Part shown: positions 27,876-37,755 of the stretch, one piece after another | Position numbering within the stretch: the first letter of the stretch is position 1 | Layout of the letters: each line of letters begins with the position of its first letter | Source: Candidatus Chisholmbacteria bacterium | GTDB taxonomy: Bacteria > Patescibacteriota > Microgenomatia > UBA1400 > Chisholmbacteraceae | DNA: 64,000 bases | Reading direction: 5' to 3' | Assembly (NCBI GenBank): GCA_963704905.1 | Contig: CAVPHZ010000002.1 | Location: 634-64,633, forward strand | Notes under the pieces: generated by a model | What the model saw: only the letters and a program-made list of their open reading frames with translations | The model's database searches: none | Told to the model about the DNA's origin: nothing | Program-made: the position numbers and the translations under genes

Positions 27876-29014
27876 GTAGCCGAAGGGCATACGGAGTACT
27901 TCTCTTAATCATTACTCTTTTCTTTCTTTCATACCTTGTACAAGGACTTGGATTTTTATATGGAGATAACTTGGGTCAGAGAATTCCAGGCATATATTTT
28001 TGGAAAAATGAAGTAACCAGCGGACGATTACCACTTTGGAATCCATATATTCTTGGGGGATTACCTTTTCTCGCAGATCTTTCTCATAACGCGCTTTCAC
28101 CGACCAATATTGTCTATCTAGTAATGTCAGTTCCCTATGCTATTACCGCGTTAACAATAATCTACATCGCCATCGCAGCTTGTGCAACCTACGCGTATGT
28201 ACATAGCGTAACCAACAAAACGCTGCCGAGCATGTTTTCTGCGATTACATTTGCCCTATCAGGTACTGTAATCGCATCAGTAAATGACATCAACTCTTTG
28301 CAGGGTATTACACTTGTTCCGCTTGTGTTGTATGGAGCTCATCGTTTCACAGAAAAAGCAAACAATACCAGAGCATTAATACTTATCTTTGCATTAGTAT
28401 TTCAATTTTTATCCTCACATCCACAGTACAGTTACTACTCATGGATTCTGGTCGCAAGTTACATTGTTGTGTTTGGAACAGGGAAACTGAAAGTAAGAGT
28501 AGCAAAAACATTTGCTGTATTTCTCTTTACTCTCGGACTAATCGCCGTGCAGCTCTTACCTTTTTTAGAGCTTGCTCGAGAGTCATATCGTCCGCAAACA
28601 AGTGAGTTCGCAGCCCAAAATCAACTCAAAATCATTGAACTGCCATCATTTATACTCGCTGATCTATTCGGATCGTGGAGAAGTGGTTCATCTTGGGGTC
28701 CAGGAGCACAGTTAGAAACAGGTCTGGCAAATTCTGAGGGGTATCTTGGCATCCTACCGCTTTTGTTTGCGGTTATCGCAGTCTTAAAGAGGAAATCGAA
28801 ACGGACAAAGTATTGGGTTGTAGCAGGACTCATTGCACTTCTGCTGAGCCTAGGAAATCAAACACCGTTGTATGAATTAGTAAGGCGAGCCTTACCACTT
28901 TTTTCAAATTTCCGATCACCAATACGGATGTTATCTATCTACAGCTTCTCGGTATCAGTATTAGCTGGAGTAGGCCTTTCAGCAATTAAAGTGGAAAGGA
29001 AAAGGAAGAAATGA
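27872..29014 (+). CDS. YfhO-like GT-C membrane protein, N-terminal half (split gene)
   Basis: GRLPLWNPYILGGLPFLADLSHNALSPTNIVYLVMS is the YfhO loop signature. The protein ends after SFSVSVLAGVGLSAIK, the position where full-length paralogs continue (compare FAASVLAGYGFDAW in the 13036 protein). Confidence 0.7.
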   Translation: MSSRRAYGVLLLIITLFFLSYLVQGLGFLYGDNLGQRIPGIYFWKNEVTSGRLPLWNPYILGGLPFLADLSHNALSPTNIVYLVMSVPYAITALTIIYIAIAACATYAYVHSVTNKTLPSMFSAITFALSGTVIASVNDINSLQGITLVPLVLYGAHRFTEKANNTRALILIFALVFQFLSSHPQYSYYSWILVASYIVVFGTGKLKVRVAKTFAVFLFTLGLIAVQLLPFLELARESYRPQTSEFAAQNQLKIIELPSFILADLFGSWRSGSSWGPGAQLETGLANSEGYLGILPLLFAVIAVLKRKSKRTKYWVVAGLIALLLSLGNQTPLYELVRRALPLFSNFRSPIRMLSIYSFSVSVLAGVGLSAIKVERKRKK

Positions 29015-30153
29015 GGCAGATTCTCTATTCAATTGTAGGCACAACTTTCCAAGCTGTGAAACGCCGGCCAATGACAGAAAGTGCAGCTTTTTCTCAAGAT
29101 AAAGTAAATATTATTCTCGATACGAATATCCAAAATATTTTCATCGTACTCGCTATCATAATCATTGCATTGTATGTGGTTAAGAAAAAACGACACCTGT
29201 TGTACCAAGTGATAGTGATCTTAACAATCATAGATCTCTTTACTTTTTCCAAAGGTAATCTCATCACGTTCCCAATATCAATTACCAGTCTAGAAAGCAG
29301 CGCTTCTAAATGGCTTAAACAAAATCTTGGTAATTATCGATTTGTATCAACAAGCGGGAACTTTCCCTATACAGGCTTGGGTGTGTACTGGACACATTTA
29401 AGAGCCAGGGAGCCGTTTTCTCCAAATAACCTTACAGGTGAAGAGTTAAAGCAATTCACAAGACTAAAAAAAGAACTGACGGTCATTCCGGAGAATCAGG
29501 GTCTCAGGAGTAACATCGCTGATGCATCTGGCTACGCTGCAGCAATACCATCAAATTATCTCCATTTTTGGAATGAAGAGCCAAAAAGCCCCAACACAAC
29601 ATCCATTCAAGACTTAAACAGCAACAAACTTAACTTGGCTGGAGTTAAGTACGTTATTACTGGCTATCCCGATGATTATCTAGCTTCACTCGACTCAGTT
29701 CAATTTGAAAGAGTATTTGGTGAAGACCATGTTCAAATTTACGAAAATCAGGATGTAATTCCTCGAGTATTTTTACTCGATAACAACCAAGATCAATATC
29801 CCGCTCAAATTATTGACTACTCTCCAAATCGAGTACTAATTGAAACCGAACTAGATAGGATTTCTGAACTTGTTTTGACTGACACTTTTTACCCTGGCTG
29901 GACTGCGTATGTTGACGGAGAACCTTCGTCTGTAGAATCTTATGAAGGTGCATTTCGAAAGGTAGCTCTTCCGTTCGGGAAGCACATTGTTGAATTTCGC
30001 TATGAACCCGATTCTCTCAGGTTGGGTGCTATAATTTCAGCAAGCACTGTAGTTTTACTTTTCTCAAGCTTAATATGGCAAAAACAAAAGTCGCAATTAT
30101 CATCCTCAATTTCAAAGGCAAACAAGACACGATCGAATGCCTTCAGTCGCTAA
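29011..30153 (+). CDS. YfhO-like GT-C membrane protein, C-terminal half (split gene)
   Basis: Begins with TM helices and ends with the YfhO-type C-terminal domain DTFYPGWTAYVDGEPSSVESYEGAFRKVALPFGKHIVEFRYEPD. It is in a different frame from the N-terminal half, with an ATGA junction. Confidence 0.7.
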   Translation: MRQILYSIVGTTFQAVKRRPMTESAAFSQDKVNIILDTNIQNIFIVLAIIIIALYVVKKKRHLLYQVIVILTIIDLFTFSKGNLITFPISITSLESSASKWLKQNLGNYRFVSTSGNFPYTGLGVYWTHLRAREPFSPNNLTGEELKQFTRLKKELTVIPENQGLRSNIADASGYAAAIPSNYLHFWNEEPKSPNTTSIQDLNSNKLNLAGVKYVITGYPDDYLASLDSVQFERVFGEDHVQIYENQDVIPRVFLLDNNQDQYPAQIIDYSPNRVLIETELDRISELVLTDTFYPGWTAYVDGEPSSVESYEGAFRKVALPFGKHIVEFRYEPDSLRLGAIISASTVVLLFSSLIWQKQKSQLSSSISKANKTRSNAFSR

Positions 30154-31007
30154 AGAATATCAAAACTGATTCAGTAATTGTCAGCACCATTGTTGTTGAC
30201 AACGCTTCAAGCGACTCGTCAGCTACTGAAATACATAAGCAGTTTCCAAACATTGATCTTATCGAAAACAATACTAATCTGGGTTTTAGCGAGGGAAACA
30301 ATATTGGCATTCGCAAGGCACTTGTTGATGGTGCTGACTTTATCTTGCTTCTCAACAACGATACGACAGTTCATTCAGATCTATTAGAAGAACTTGTATC
30401 AGCATCGAACCAGGAGAATGCCGATGTCATCTCCCCAAAAATCTACTTTACGCCTGGAAAAGAATTTCATCAGGACAGATATAAACCACATGAGCGGGGA
30501 AAAGTAATTTGGTATGCCGGGGGACTCATCGATTGGAATAATGTCCTTACATCACATCGAGGAGTTGATGAGGTGGACGAAGGACAATTCGATGAGTTTT
30601 CCAGGACAGAATTTGTAACTGGCTGTGCAATGTTTGTGAAATATAAGGTATTTGAAGATATTGGCTTGCTTGATCCAATGCTATTTGCCTACTTTGAAGA
30701 TGCAGATTTTTCCATGAGGGCCAAGAATGCCGGCTACAAAGTTGCCTATGCACCAAAAGCCGTACTATGGCACAAGAACGCTGCCAGTTTCCAAGGTTCA
30801 GGATCAGAATTTCAAGATTACTTTGTCACTAAAAACCGACTGCACTTCGGTTTGCGCTACGCTCCACTGCGTGCCAAAATTGCTCTACTTCGTGAAGGAT
30901 TACGATATATTTTCGAAGGACCACAGAGAAAACGAGAAGCTATCATCGATGCGCTGTTGAGAAAATCGCCAGACCAGAATAAAGTAACATCGCTTTTGAA
31001 AACCTAG
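30075..31007 (+). CDS. GT2 glycosyltransferase (RfbF/WbbL-like rhamnosyltransferase-type subfamily)
   Basis: VAIIILNFKGKQDTIECLQSL...IVVDNASSDSS...NLGFSEGNNIGI...LLLNNDT. The start overlaps the upstream gene by about 79 nt if the first Met is used. Confidence 0.78.
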   Translation: MAKTKVAIIILNFKGKQDTIECLQSLKNIKTDSVIVSTIVVDNASSDSSATEIHKQFPNIDLIENNTNLGFSEGNNIGIRKALVDGADFILLLNNDTTVHSDLLEELVSASNQENADVISPKIYFTPGKEFHQDRYKPHERGKVIWYAGGLIDWNNVLTSHRGVDEVDEGQFDEFSRTEFVTGCAMFVKYKVFEDIGLLDPMLFAYFEDADFSMRAKNAGYKVAYAPKAVLWHKNAASFQGSGSEFQDYFVTKNRLHFGLRYAPLRAKIALLREGLRYIFEGPQRKREAIIDALLRKSPDQNKVTSLLKT

Positions 31008-31041
31008 ATTTAGCCGGCTCACTTCGCTACAATAGCGACCG

Positions 31042-31770
31042 ATGGCTAAACAACCTTTCCTCTCACTTATAATCCCTGTATATAACGAAGAAAAGCGGAT
31101 TAAATATGGTCTGACACAGATTTTCTCCTTTCTTAAAAATAAGAAGTTCAGCTGGGAATTAATCATCGTGGATGACGGATCCATTGATAACACAGTTGCA
31201 CTAGCTAAAAAACTCACACTCACAATAAAGACTGTAAAGATACTCAACAGCAACCATCAAGGAAAAGGTGGGGCGCTCAAAAAAGGGGTAAAGAGTGCAC
31301 AAGGAGAGTGGCTCATCTTTTTTGATATCGATATCGCAACCCCAATGGATGAATACAATAATTTCGAAAAATGGATGGGTAGGTTCGATGTCATCATTGG
31401 ATCACGAAAAATGAAAGGGGCGCATATAGAAGTACATCAACCATTTTTTCGAGAATTTGGCGGGAAAGTATTTACCCTACTTACAAACACGCTGGTAACG
31501 AGAAATATTTCGGATGTTACTTGTGGCTTTAAACTCTTTAAAACCAAAATCGCCAAAGATCTGTTCCAGCGCTCAAGGCTCGCAGATTGGAGTTTTGACG
31601 CCGAGATTCTTTACTTAGCGCAAAAAAAAGGTGTGAAAATCAAAGAAGTTCCTGTTCGTTGGAAGGATGACCCTCAAACAAAAGTCAATCTTATGAAAGA
31701 TACCATCGATGCGTTTTATGGGCTTCTTAAAATCCGCTTCAATGACTTCCAAGGTTTGTACGATCGTTAA
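31042..31770 (+). CDS. GT2 glycosyltransferase, polyprenyl-phosphate sugar synthase (Alg5/DPG-synthase-like)
   Basis: LSLIIPVYNEEKRI...LIIVDDGSIDNT...GKGGALKKGV...FFDIDIATP...IGSRKMKGA...CGFKLFKTKIAKDLF. Confidence 0.88.
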   Translation: MAKQPFLSLIIPVYNEEKRIKYGLTQIFSFLKNKKFSWELIIVDDGSIDNTVALAKKLTLTIKTVKILNSNHQGKGGALKKGVKSAQGEWLIFFDIDIATPMDEYNNFEKWMGRFDVIIGSRKMKGAHIEVHQPFFREFGGKVFTLLTNTLVTRNISDVTCGFKLFKTKIAKDLFQRSRLADWSFDAEILYLAQKKGVKIKEVPVRWKDDPQTKVNLMKDTIDAFYGLLKIRFNDFQGLYDR

Positions 31771-32503
31771 GTTTTCTGCTAAGACAAACAATAGATAATC
31801 CAAACGGCATACGAATGTGCTGGAGAACCGACGCCTCAACGGTGGTGATTTGAACGAGCAACCAATTAATTGATTTTGGGACCTCAATAAAATCTGAACG
31901 CTGCTTCATAGATTTTCCGAAAATTGACTTAGCAACTCGAACAATAATTGCGACAGGAACCAAATACCAATAAAAATATGAGCTCATCTCAACCTCAAAT
32001 CCAGTCTCCTTCAACTTTGCAACAAGAGCACGACGACGATATCGCCGTTTATGTCCCAGTACTTCATCCCAATAAGTCCATAGCCATGGGTAAGCAGGTA
32101 CAGTGAGTACAAATCTGCCTCCCGGTTTTAAAACTCTCTGAATCTCAGAAAGAATGAGCCTATCGTTATCCAAATGCTCAAGTACGTCGAGCATTGTGAC
32201 AGCGTCGAATAGTTCATTTTGGAACGGAAGCGGCTTAGTGAGATCAGTGGCTGCGACATTTGAAAATCCACGTTTTTTACAATACGATATCGCCTTTGTC
32301 GAGCCGTCAACCCCAAATACCTCTCCAAACCTGGAAAAATCTTTCATCATCATGCCTGTTCCACATCCAATATCTAGAAATCTTGGATCTTGTAGTGAAT
32401 TGAGATATGAGTCAAGCATACGAAGAATAAGACGGCGCTTCGCCACATGCCACCAATAGGTGGACTCAAGCCGGTACATTTCATCAAAAAGATCGCTACG
32501 CAT
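31739..32503 (-). CDS. class I SAM-dependent methyltransferase
   Basis: This is the only substantial minus-strand gene. It carries SAM motif I FLDIGCGTGMMM, VFGVDGS, FDAVTMLDVLEHL and LKPGGRFVLTVP. Its 3' end overlaps the 3' end of the + strand GT2 at 31042..31770 by 32 nt (convergent overlap). Confidence 0.85.
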   Translation of the reverse strand: MRSDLFDEMYRLESTYWWHVAKRRLILRMLDSYLNSLQDPRFLDIGCGTGMMMKDFSRFGEVFGVDGSTKAISYCKKRGFSNVAATDLTKPLPFQNELFDAVTMLDVLEHLDNDRLILSEIQRVLKPGGRFVLTVPAYPWLWTYWDEVLGHKRRYRRRALVAKLKETGFEVEMSSYFYWYLVPVAIIVRVAKSIFGKSMKQRSDFIEVPKSINWLLVQITTVEASVLQHIRMPFGLSIVCLSRKLNDRTNLGSH

Positions 32504-32554
32504 AATTTTCTCAACAGGTTTGTCTATAATAGCAGGAGAGAACCTATTCTAGCT

Positions 32555-34480
32555 ATGCAAAACCTGTTGATAAACATACTGCTTTTTATGTCTGTCTTTT
32601 GCGTTTTGTGGTGGTTACCAGGACTCTATTTGTTGCCTAAGGACAAAAACCTCAAGACTTTAGATAAAAGTTTTCTTGCCGTAACACTCGGTGTTAGCAT
32701 TTATTCTTTAGTTATATATATCGTTCGTCTTGTTGGATTGCCATTTTGGATTGGATATTTTCCATTTTTATTCTTGACATTTCGGTTCTTCCGGACAAGA
32801 ACCATTTCACTTTCAAGATTAAAAATGAAATCCGTGACTGCGACCTTTATCATGATCATGCTCATTTCAGCAGCTATCCAAGCCCTGGTGCTCACTAGAA
32901 GTGCCAATCTGACATCAGAAGGAATGAGCTTTATTGAATTGTCCGCCCATGACTCTCTGCAACATGTGTATCTGATCAATGAACTAAAGGATCATTTTCC
33001 TCCTAGGCATCCCGGATACTCACCGATAGAGGTTAAAAATTATCACTTTCTTATCGATGTCACGCTCGCTTCAATCTCAAAATATCTTCCATTTTCAACC
33101 TTTCATCTGTATTACAGAATTCTTCCCCTAGCCGTATCAGCTCTGTTTAGTATCGGTGTATTTACATTTATACGTCATCTGACGAAATCTCCATGGCTTG
33201 CCAACGCAGCCGTAGTACTTACAATATTTTCTGGAAACGCTGCATGGGTTATGAAGTTTTTCCGAGGTGATGAATTCACGGTTAGCGCAAATTCCTTCAT
33301 GCTCGATCCGGTGATAGATCTTCTGCAAAATCCCATGGCAGTGTTGGTCTTTCCTCTCATGATTGCCGGAAGTTGGACGCTGCTGAACCTGGAAAAAAAG
33401 CCAAACCTCAAATGGAACTTCATTGGTGCAATCCTCTTGGGCGTAATGATTGGATTTAAAGCCTGGGGTGGCACGCTAATGTTAATTGGTCTTGGAGTAC
33501 GTGCTATCTACCTAAGTGTATGGAGAAAGAGAATGGATGGTTGGGTCACGACTTTCTTGACATTGGGTGTTGCGCTAACCATCATGCTTCCTGTCTATGA
33601 TCGGCAAACTGCAGCCAACCCGATTTTCACACCGGGCTGGCTCCTGAAACGAATGGTAGAGGATCATGATAGGTACAATACGTTAAACGATTATTTTCTC
33701 GAACAGCATTACAGAGAAAAAGGAAATCTTCCGCGTTTGATTCAGCTCAACGTAAAACAGCTCGCAATCTATACTTTTGGAAATCTGTGGATAAAGTTCC
33801 TGGGACTGGTGTATTTTGCAAAACTTATAAAAAAACCATCTGGGTTTGGAGTATTTCTTCTCACTGTTACAGTCTTTTCACTTTTTCTGCCAGTGCTGTT
33901 TAACCAGGGCAGAATGTCATATGACATCATCCAATTCGGACCATATGCGTTGGTGTTGATGTCACTATTTACAATAGTATCTCTGCCTTTGATATTAAAG
34001 CGATTTTCATCAATAACTTCCGGCATCATTGTTGGTATACTCTTGCTCCTTTCGTTTCCCTCAAACATCAAAAGTATTCAAGATAGATATAGAGCTGACA
34101 GCTTCCTAGTGACAAATCAAGAGCTCGAGGCATTTGAATATATAAAACAACATACAGATTTAAGCAGTACTCTCATGGTATATCCATCTCATAGAAATGA
34201 TTCAAGTCTGCTCGTGGCTGCATTCACTGGTCGTCCCACCTATTTTTCAGGCAAATCATTTGCGCGAATCACCGGTGAAGATTATGAAGGAAGGGCAATT
34301 CGCTGGAAGGAGTTTTTCAACCAGGCGAACCCTGGAGAACGACAACAAACTCTTAAAGATGGCTCTATTGGCTATCTCTTACTTACTTCTGAAGAAGAAC
34401 ATACGTTCAACAAAACCGGACTAAATCTTAAAACAGTATATTCAAATGAAGAAACGATCATCTACCAAATCCAAAATTGA
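32555..34480 (+). CDS. polytopic membrane protein, GT-C-like, unrecognised family (paralog of 34446)
   Basis: About 640 aa with at least 12 TM segments. N-terminal loop signature ELSAHDSLQHVYLINELKDHFPPRHPGYSPIEVKNYHFLIDV is shared with the downstream paralog. The start was chosen at internal Met 32555, because the ORF-track start at 32447 would overlap the divergent minus-strand methyltransferase. Confidence 0.6.
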   Translation: MQNLLINILLFMSVFCVLWWLPGLYLLPKDKNLKTLDKSFLAVTLGVSIYSLVIYIVRLVGLPFWIGYFPFLFLTFRFFRTRTISLSRLKMKSVTATFIMIMLISAAIQALVLTRSANLTSEGMSFIELSAHDSLQHVYLINELKDHFPPRHPGYSPIEVKNYHFLIDVTLASISKYLPFSTFHLYYRILPLAVSALFSIGVFTFIRHLTKSPWLANAAVVLTIFSGNAAWVMKFFRGDEFTVSANSFMLDPVIDLLQNPMAVLVFPLMIAGSWTLLNLEKKPNLKWNFIGAILLGVMIGFKAWGGTLMLIGLGVRAIYLSVWRKRMDGWVTTFLTLGVALTIMLPVYDRQTAANPIFTPGWLLKRMVEDHDRYNTLNDYFLEQHYREKGNLPRLIQLNVKQLAIYTFGNLWIKFLGLVYFAKLIKKPSGFGVFLLTVTVFSLFLPVLFNQGRMSYDIIQFGPYALVLMSLFTIVSLPLILKRFSSITSGIIVGILLLLSFPSNIKSIQDRYRADSFLVTNQELEAFEYIKQHTDLSSTLMVYPSHRNDSSLLVAAFTGRPTYFSGKSFARITGEDYEGRAIRWKEFFNQANPGERQQTLKDGSIGYLLLTSEEEHTFNKTGLNLKTVYSNEETIIYQIQN

Positions 34481-36143
34481 TATAGAGGTAAAAGCACTTA
34501 CACCGGCCGAAAAATTAGTTCTCGGATTTGTGTTAGTGGTAGCGAGCGTAACTCAAAGCTGGCATTTTTTCACAGCTTGGAAAATGAAAGCAGAAACCAT
34601 TGAGTTCAGCCAGTTTCATGATGCACTATGGCACATAGCGCTTATTAAAGAACTCTCCCGATCGTTCCCACCTCAGCATCCGGGGTTAGCAGGAGAAATA
34701 TTGAGTAATTATCATTACCTTACGGATCTTCTCCTTGCGATAGTTCATAAGTTCACAACCATTCCTGTCGAAACGCTGTATATTCACGTCGCTCCGCCAC
34801 TCGTGTCTGCTTTTTTTGCCTTTGCAGCATTTAAACTCGCTCAGCTGTTAAGCAGGTCAAATGAAACTGCAATCATAGCAACAATATTTACCGTGTTTAC
34901 TGGAAGCGCAGCATACTTCATTCCCGTGTTTTTAGGCAAAGGGGTAGCTTGGACAGCCAACTCATTCATGCTTGACCAGCCCTTTGATCAACTCACCAAT
35001 GTGCATACTGTCCTTGGCTTTGCGATGTTTTTGACTGGAACGTTTTTTCTGGTGCGTTTCAACAAATTCAGCAAATTATCAGACGGAATCCTTGCCGGCA
35101 TGATAATTGGTCTTGCAACAGGCATAAAAGCCTATGCAGGAGCAGTAGGAGTCGCAGCTTTGATGATCACGTTAGGTCTGGAACTAACCATATTGAAAAA
35201 GCGAAAAATGATATTGCCATCAGCAATTGCAGCAAGTATATTTTTACTCCTGACCGTATTTACTTCCTCATCAAATCAATCTCCACTCCAATTCGCCCCT
35301 GGATGGATCCTCACCAAGATGGTCGAAGATTCTAACCGCTTCTATTACGAAAAGTGGTCACAGCTGGAAGCTCATTATCGTGAAGCTGGAAATATCATTC
35401 GCGTAGCACAAATCAAAACCCAGGAGCTGGTCCTGTATATTATTGGCAACCTCGGTGTCCGTTTGATTGGCTTTATCTGGATCATAAAAAAATTGAAAAA
35501 ACTCAAACACATAAAAGCTCACGAAATATTCCTGATCGTAACCATCATCATTTCTCTGACCATTCCACTTATCTTTGTCCAACCGGTGTCGGTCTACAAT
35601 ACCATTCAATTTAGTCCATACGCGCTCATGATACTCAGTATCGTAGTTGTTCTAGAGACGGTAACTTGGAGAAAGAATATTCTCATGTTAACTCTTCTCT
35701 TCCTGCTGTCGCTACCCACAACCCTTCAGACATTTCTGATTCGATTAAAACCTGAGTACATCATGAGTAAAAATGAATACACAGCCCTAAAAGCTATCGA
35801 AAATACACCCGAAGATGCAGTATTTCTCACACCTCCAACAGGAGAACACTTCGTATTTATGAAAGTTCCGGGGATAGGTGGAAGAAGAACCTACTTTTCA
35901 GGAGAAACGTTCGCCATACTCACGGATACTGATTACCAGCTTCGTAAATCCATAAACGAGGAATTTTTTAGAGAACTGACTGATGACCAGAGGCGTAATC
36001 AAATACTCGAAGATGCTAAAATTACACATATCTATACTGATGAGAGTACATATACCGAGTTTCTTGAAGAATTAGAGGAAGGAAGATTTCCGATCAAAGC
36101 AATCTATACGCAGGATAAATTTGCTATTTTTAAGCGCATATGA
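34446..36143 (+). CDS. polytopic membrane protein, GT-C-like, unrecognised family (paralog of 32555)
   Basis: FHDALWHIALIKELSRSFPPQHPGLAGEILSNYHYLTDLLLAIV aligns with the 32555 protein; multi-TM core plus a hydrophilic C-terminal domain. Confidence 0.6.
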   Translation: MKKRSSTKSKIDIEVKALTPAEKLVLGFVLVVASVTQSWHFFTAWKMKAETIEFSQFHDALWHIALIKELSRSFPPQHPGLAGEILSNYHYLTDLLLAIVHKFTTIPVETLYIHVAPPLVSAFFAFAAFKLAQLLSRSNETAIIATIFTVFTGSAAYFIPVFLGKGVAWTANSFMLDQPFDQLTNVHTVLGFAMFLTGTFFLVRFNKFSKLSDGILAGMIIGLATGIKAYAGAVGVAALMITLGLELTILKKRKMILPSAIAASIFLLLTVFTSSSNQSPLQFAPGWILTKMVEDSNRFYYEKWSQLEAHYREAGNIIRVAQIKTQELVLYIIGNLGVRLIGFIWIIKKLKKLKHIKAHEIFLIVTIIISLTIPLIFVQPVSVYNTIQFSPYALMILSIVVVLETVTWRKNILMLTLLFLLSLPTTLQTFLIRLKPEYIMSKNEYTALKAIENTPEDAVFLTPPTGEHFVFMKVPGIGGRRTYFSGETFAILTDTDYQLRKSINEEFFRELTDDQRRNQILEDAKITHIYTDESTYTEFLEELEEGRFPIKAIYTQDKFAIFKRI

Positions 36144-36937
36144 ATAAGATCTCATGCATCGTCCTTACATATAATGAACAGGAATACCTTCCAGGATGTC
36201 TGCAGTCACTCGGCTGGGTTGATGAAATTGTCATTATTGATGCTGGATCGGCTGACGATACGCTGAAGATAGCCGAGAAGGCCGGTGCGAAGATAGTTAA
36301 AAATTCATGGCACGGGTTTCCAAATCAACGAACTATTGGCGCCAAACATGCCAGCGGTGAGTGGATTCTGTACATCGATGCTGACGAGCGAGTCTCTTCA
36401 AAACTAAAAGAAGAAATTCAAGTACTTTTGAGAAATAATCCAGCATTTCATTCGTATAAAATACCTCATAAAAATTACATTCTGGGGAAATGGTTGAAAT
36501 ACGGAGGTTGGTATCCTGAATATCAACACCGACTCATGAAAAGAAGTGAATTACATAGATGGAACGGAGAACTCCATGAACATCCGATCATAGATGGAGA
36601 AGTAGGCATTCTCGAAGGAGAAATCATTCATCTGACCCATCGAGGAATGGAATGGATGCTGAATAAAACAATTCGCTACACCAAAATGGAAGCCGATTTA
36701 CGTTTTCAAGCCAATCACCCAAAAATCAAGGCTCATCATTTCTTCTCATCAACACTTCGGGAATTTTGGTATCGAGCAATAACCAAGAACGGTTGGAAAG
36801 ATGGAATTATCGGCTGGATTGAAATATTTTATCAGTCTTTTAATCACTTTCTGATTATGGCATGGCTATGGGAGATGCAGAGAAAAGAAGATATTCACAC
36901 CACATACAAAAAACTAGATGAGGAGTTATCAGAGTGA
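36140..36937 (+). CDS. GT2 glycosyltransferase, WaaE/KdtX-like subfamily
   Basis: ISCIVLTYNEQEYLPGCLQSLGWVDEIVIIDAGSADDTLKIAEKAGAKIV...WILYIDADERVS. ATGA coupled. Confidence 0.82.
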   Translation: MNKISCIVLTYNEQEYLPGCLQSLGWVDEIVIIDAGSADDTLKIAEKAGAKIVKNSWHGFPNQRTIGAKHASGEWILYIDADERVSSKLKEEIQVLLRNNPAFHSYKIPHKNYILGKWLKYGGWYPEYQHRLMKRSELHRWNGELHEHPIIDGEVGILEGEIIHLTHRGMEWMLNKTIRYTKMEADLRFQANHPKIKAHHFFSSTLREFWYRAITKNGWKDGIIGWIEIFYQSFNHFLIMAWLWEMQRKEDIHTTYKKLDEELSE

Positions 36938-37755
36938 GCTATAAACAATTTGTACCCGACGTAGGTGAAGAGTGGGATGAGTATTGGAAAAAAACTTCAA
37001 TCAGCAAAGAACTCAAGCTAATTGACACCGACGGTCTTCGCCCTATTTTTTCAAAATTTCTTCCAAAAAAAGGAAAAATTCTCGAAGCTGGCTGTGGTAT
37101 GGGTAAATGGGTTGTTGACCTTTCAAAGAAAGGCTATGACATCATTGGTGTTGACAATAATAAATATGCACTCAAGAAACTGAATGAGTTCGATCCAAAA
37201 ACCAAAGTCAGGTTAGCGGATGTTACCAAACTTCCATATGCTGATGAGACATACGATGCGTATCTATCCCTGGGCGTTATTGAGCACTTTGAAGAGGGAC
37301 CGCAGAAAGCGCTCAGCGAAGCGTACCGCATACTAAAGCGGGGTGGATTGGCGATTGTCGAAGTTCCATTCGATTCATTGCTTCGAAAAATAACCAGACT
37401 TTTCACAATGTTACTTATCTCAATTAAAACGCCTGCGAGGATTACACTCCAACGTATCGGACTAAGAAAGCCGCGCGAACGATTTAAAATGATGTTCTAT
37501 GAATACCGCTACACAGTTCAGGAGCTAACGGACTTCATGAAAGAAGCGGGATTTGAAGATATGAAAATTATATCTAAAGACGACCTAAAAGAGACGAGAA
37601 GTATTGGTTTGTGGTTGGACTATCAATTTCTCCACCATCCAAATGGAGAGCTATTTGAATTAAATGATCTTGGAAAAATAGTAAAAGCTGTTCTCAACTT
37701 TGTTTCACCATTTACGTATTCAGCGCTTATCGTCGCAGTTGCAAAAAAGAAATGA
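36934..37755 (+). CDS. class I SAM-dependent methyltransferase (GTG start)
   Basis: GKILEAGCGMGKW (motif I), DIIGVDNN, YDAYLSLGVIEHF and LKRGGLAIVEVP. GTGA overlap with the upstream stop. Confidence 0.82.
   Translation: MSYKQFVPDVGEEWDEYWKKTSISKELKLIDTDGLRPIFSKFLPKKGKILEAGCGMGKWVVDLSKKGYDIIGVDNNKYALKKLNEFDPKTKVRLADVTKLPYADETYDAYLSLGVIEHFEEGPQKALSEAYRILKRGGLAIVEVPFDSLLRKITRLFTMLLISIKTPARITLQRIGLRKPRERFKMMFYEYRYTVQELTDFMKEAGFEDMKIISKDDLKETRSIGLWLDYQFLHHPNGELFELNDLGKIVKAVLNFVSPFTYSALIVAVAKKK

Noticed and set aside
32447-32554. ORF-track start (MPPIGGLKPVHF...) for the membrane protein at 32447
   Set aside because: It would overlap the divergent minus-strand methyltransferase start by about 57 nt, and the first hydrophobic segment begins after the internal Met at 32555, so the later start was preferred.
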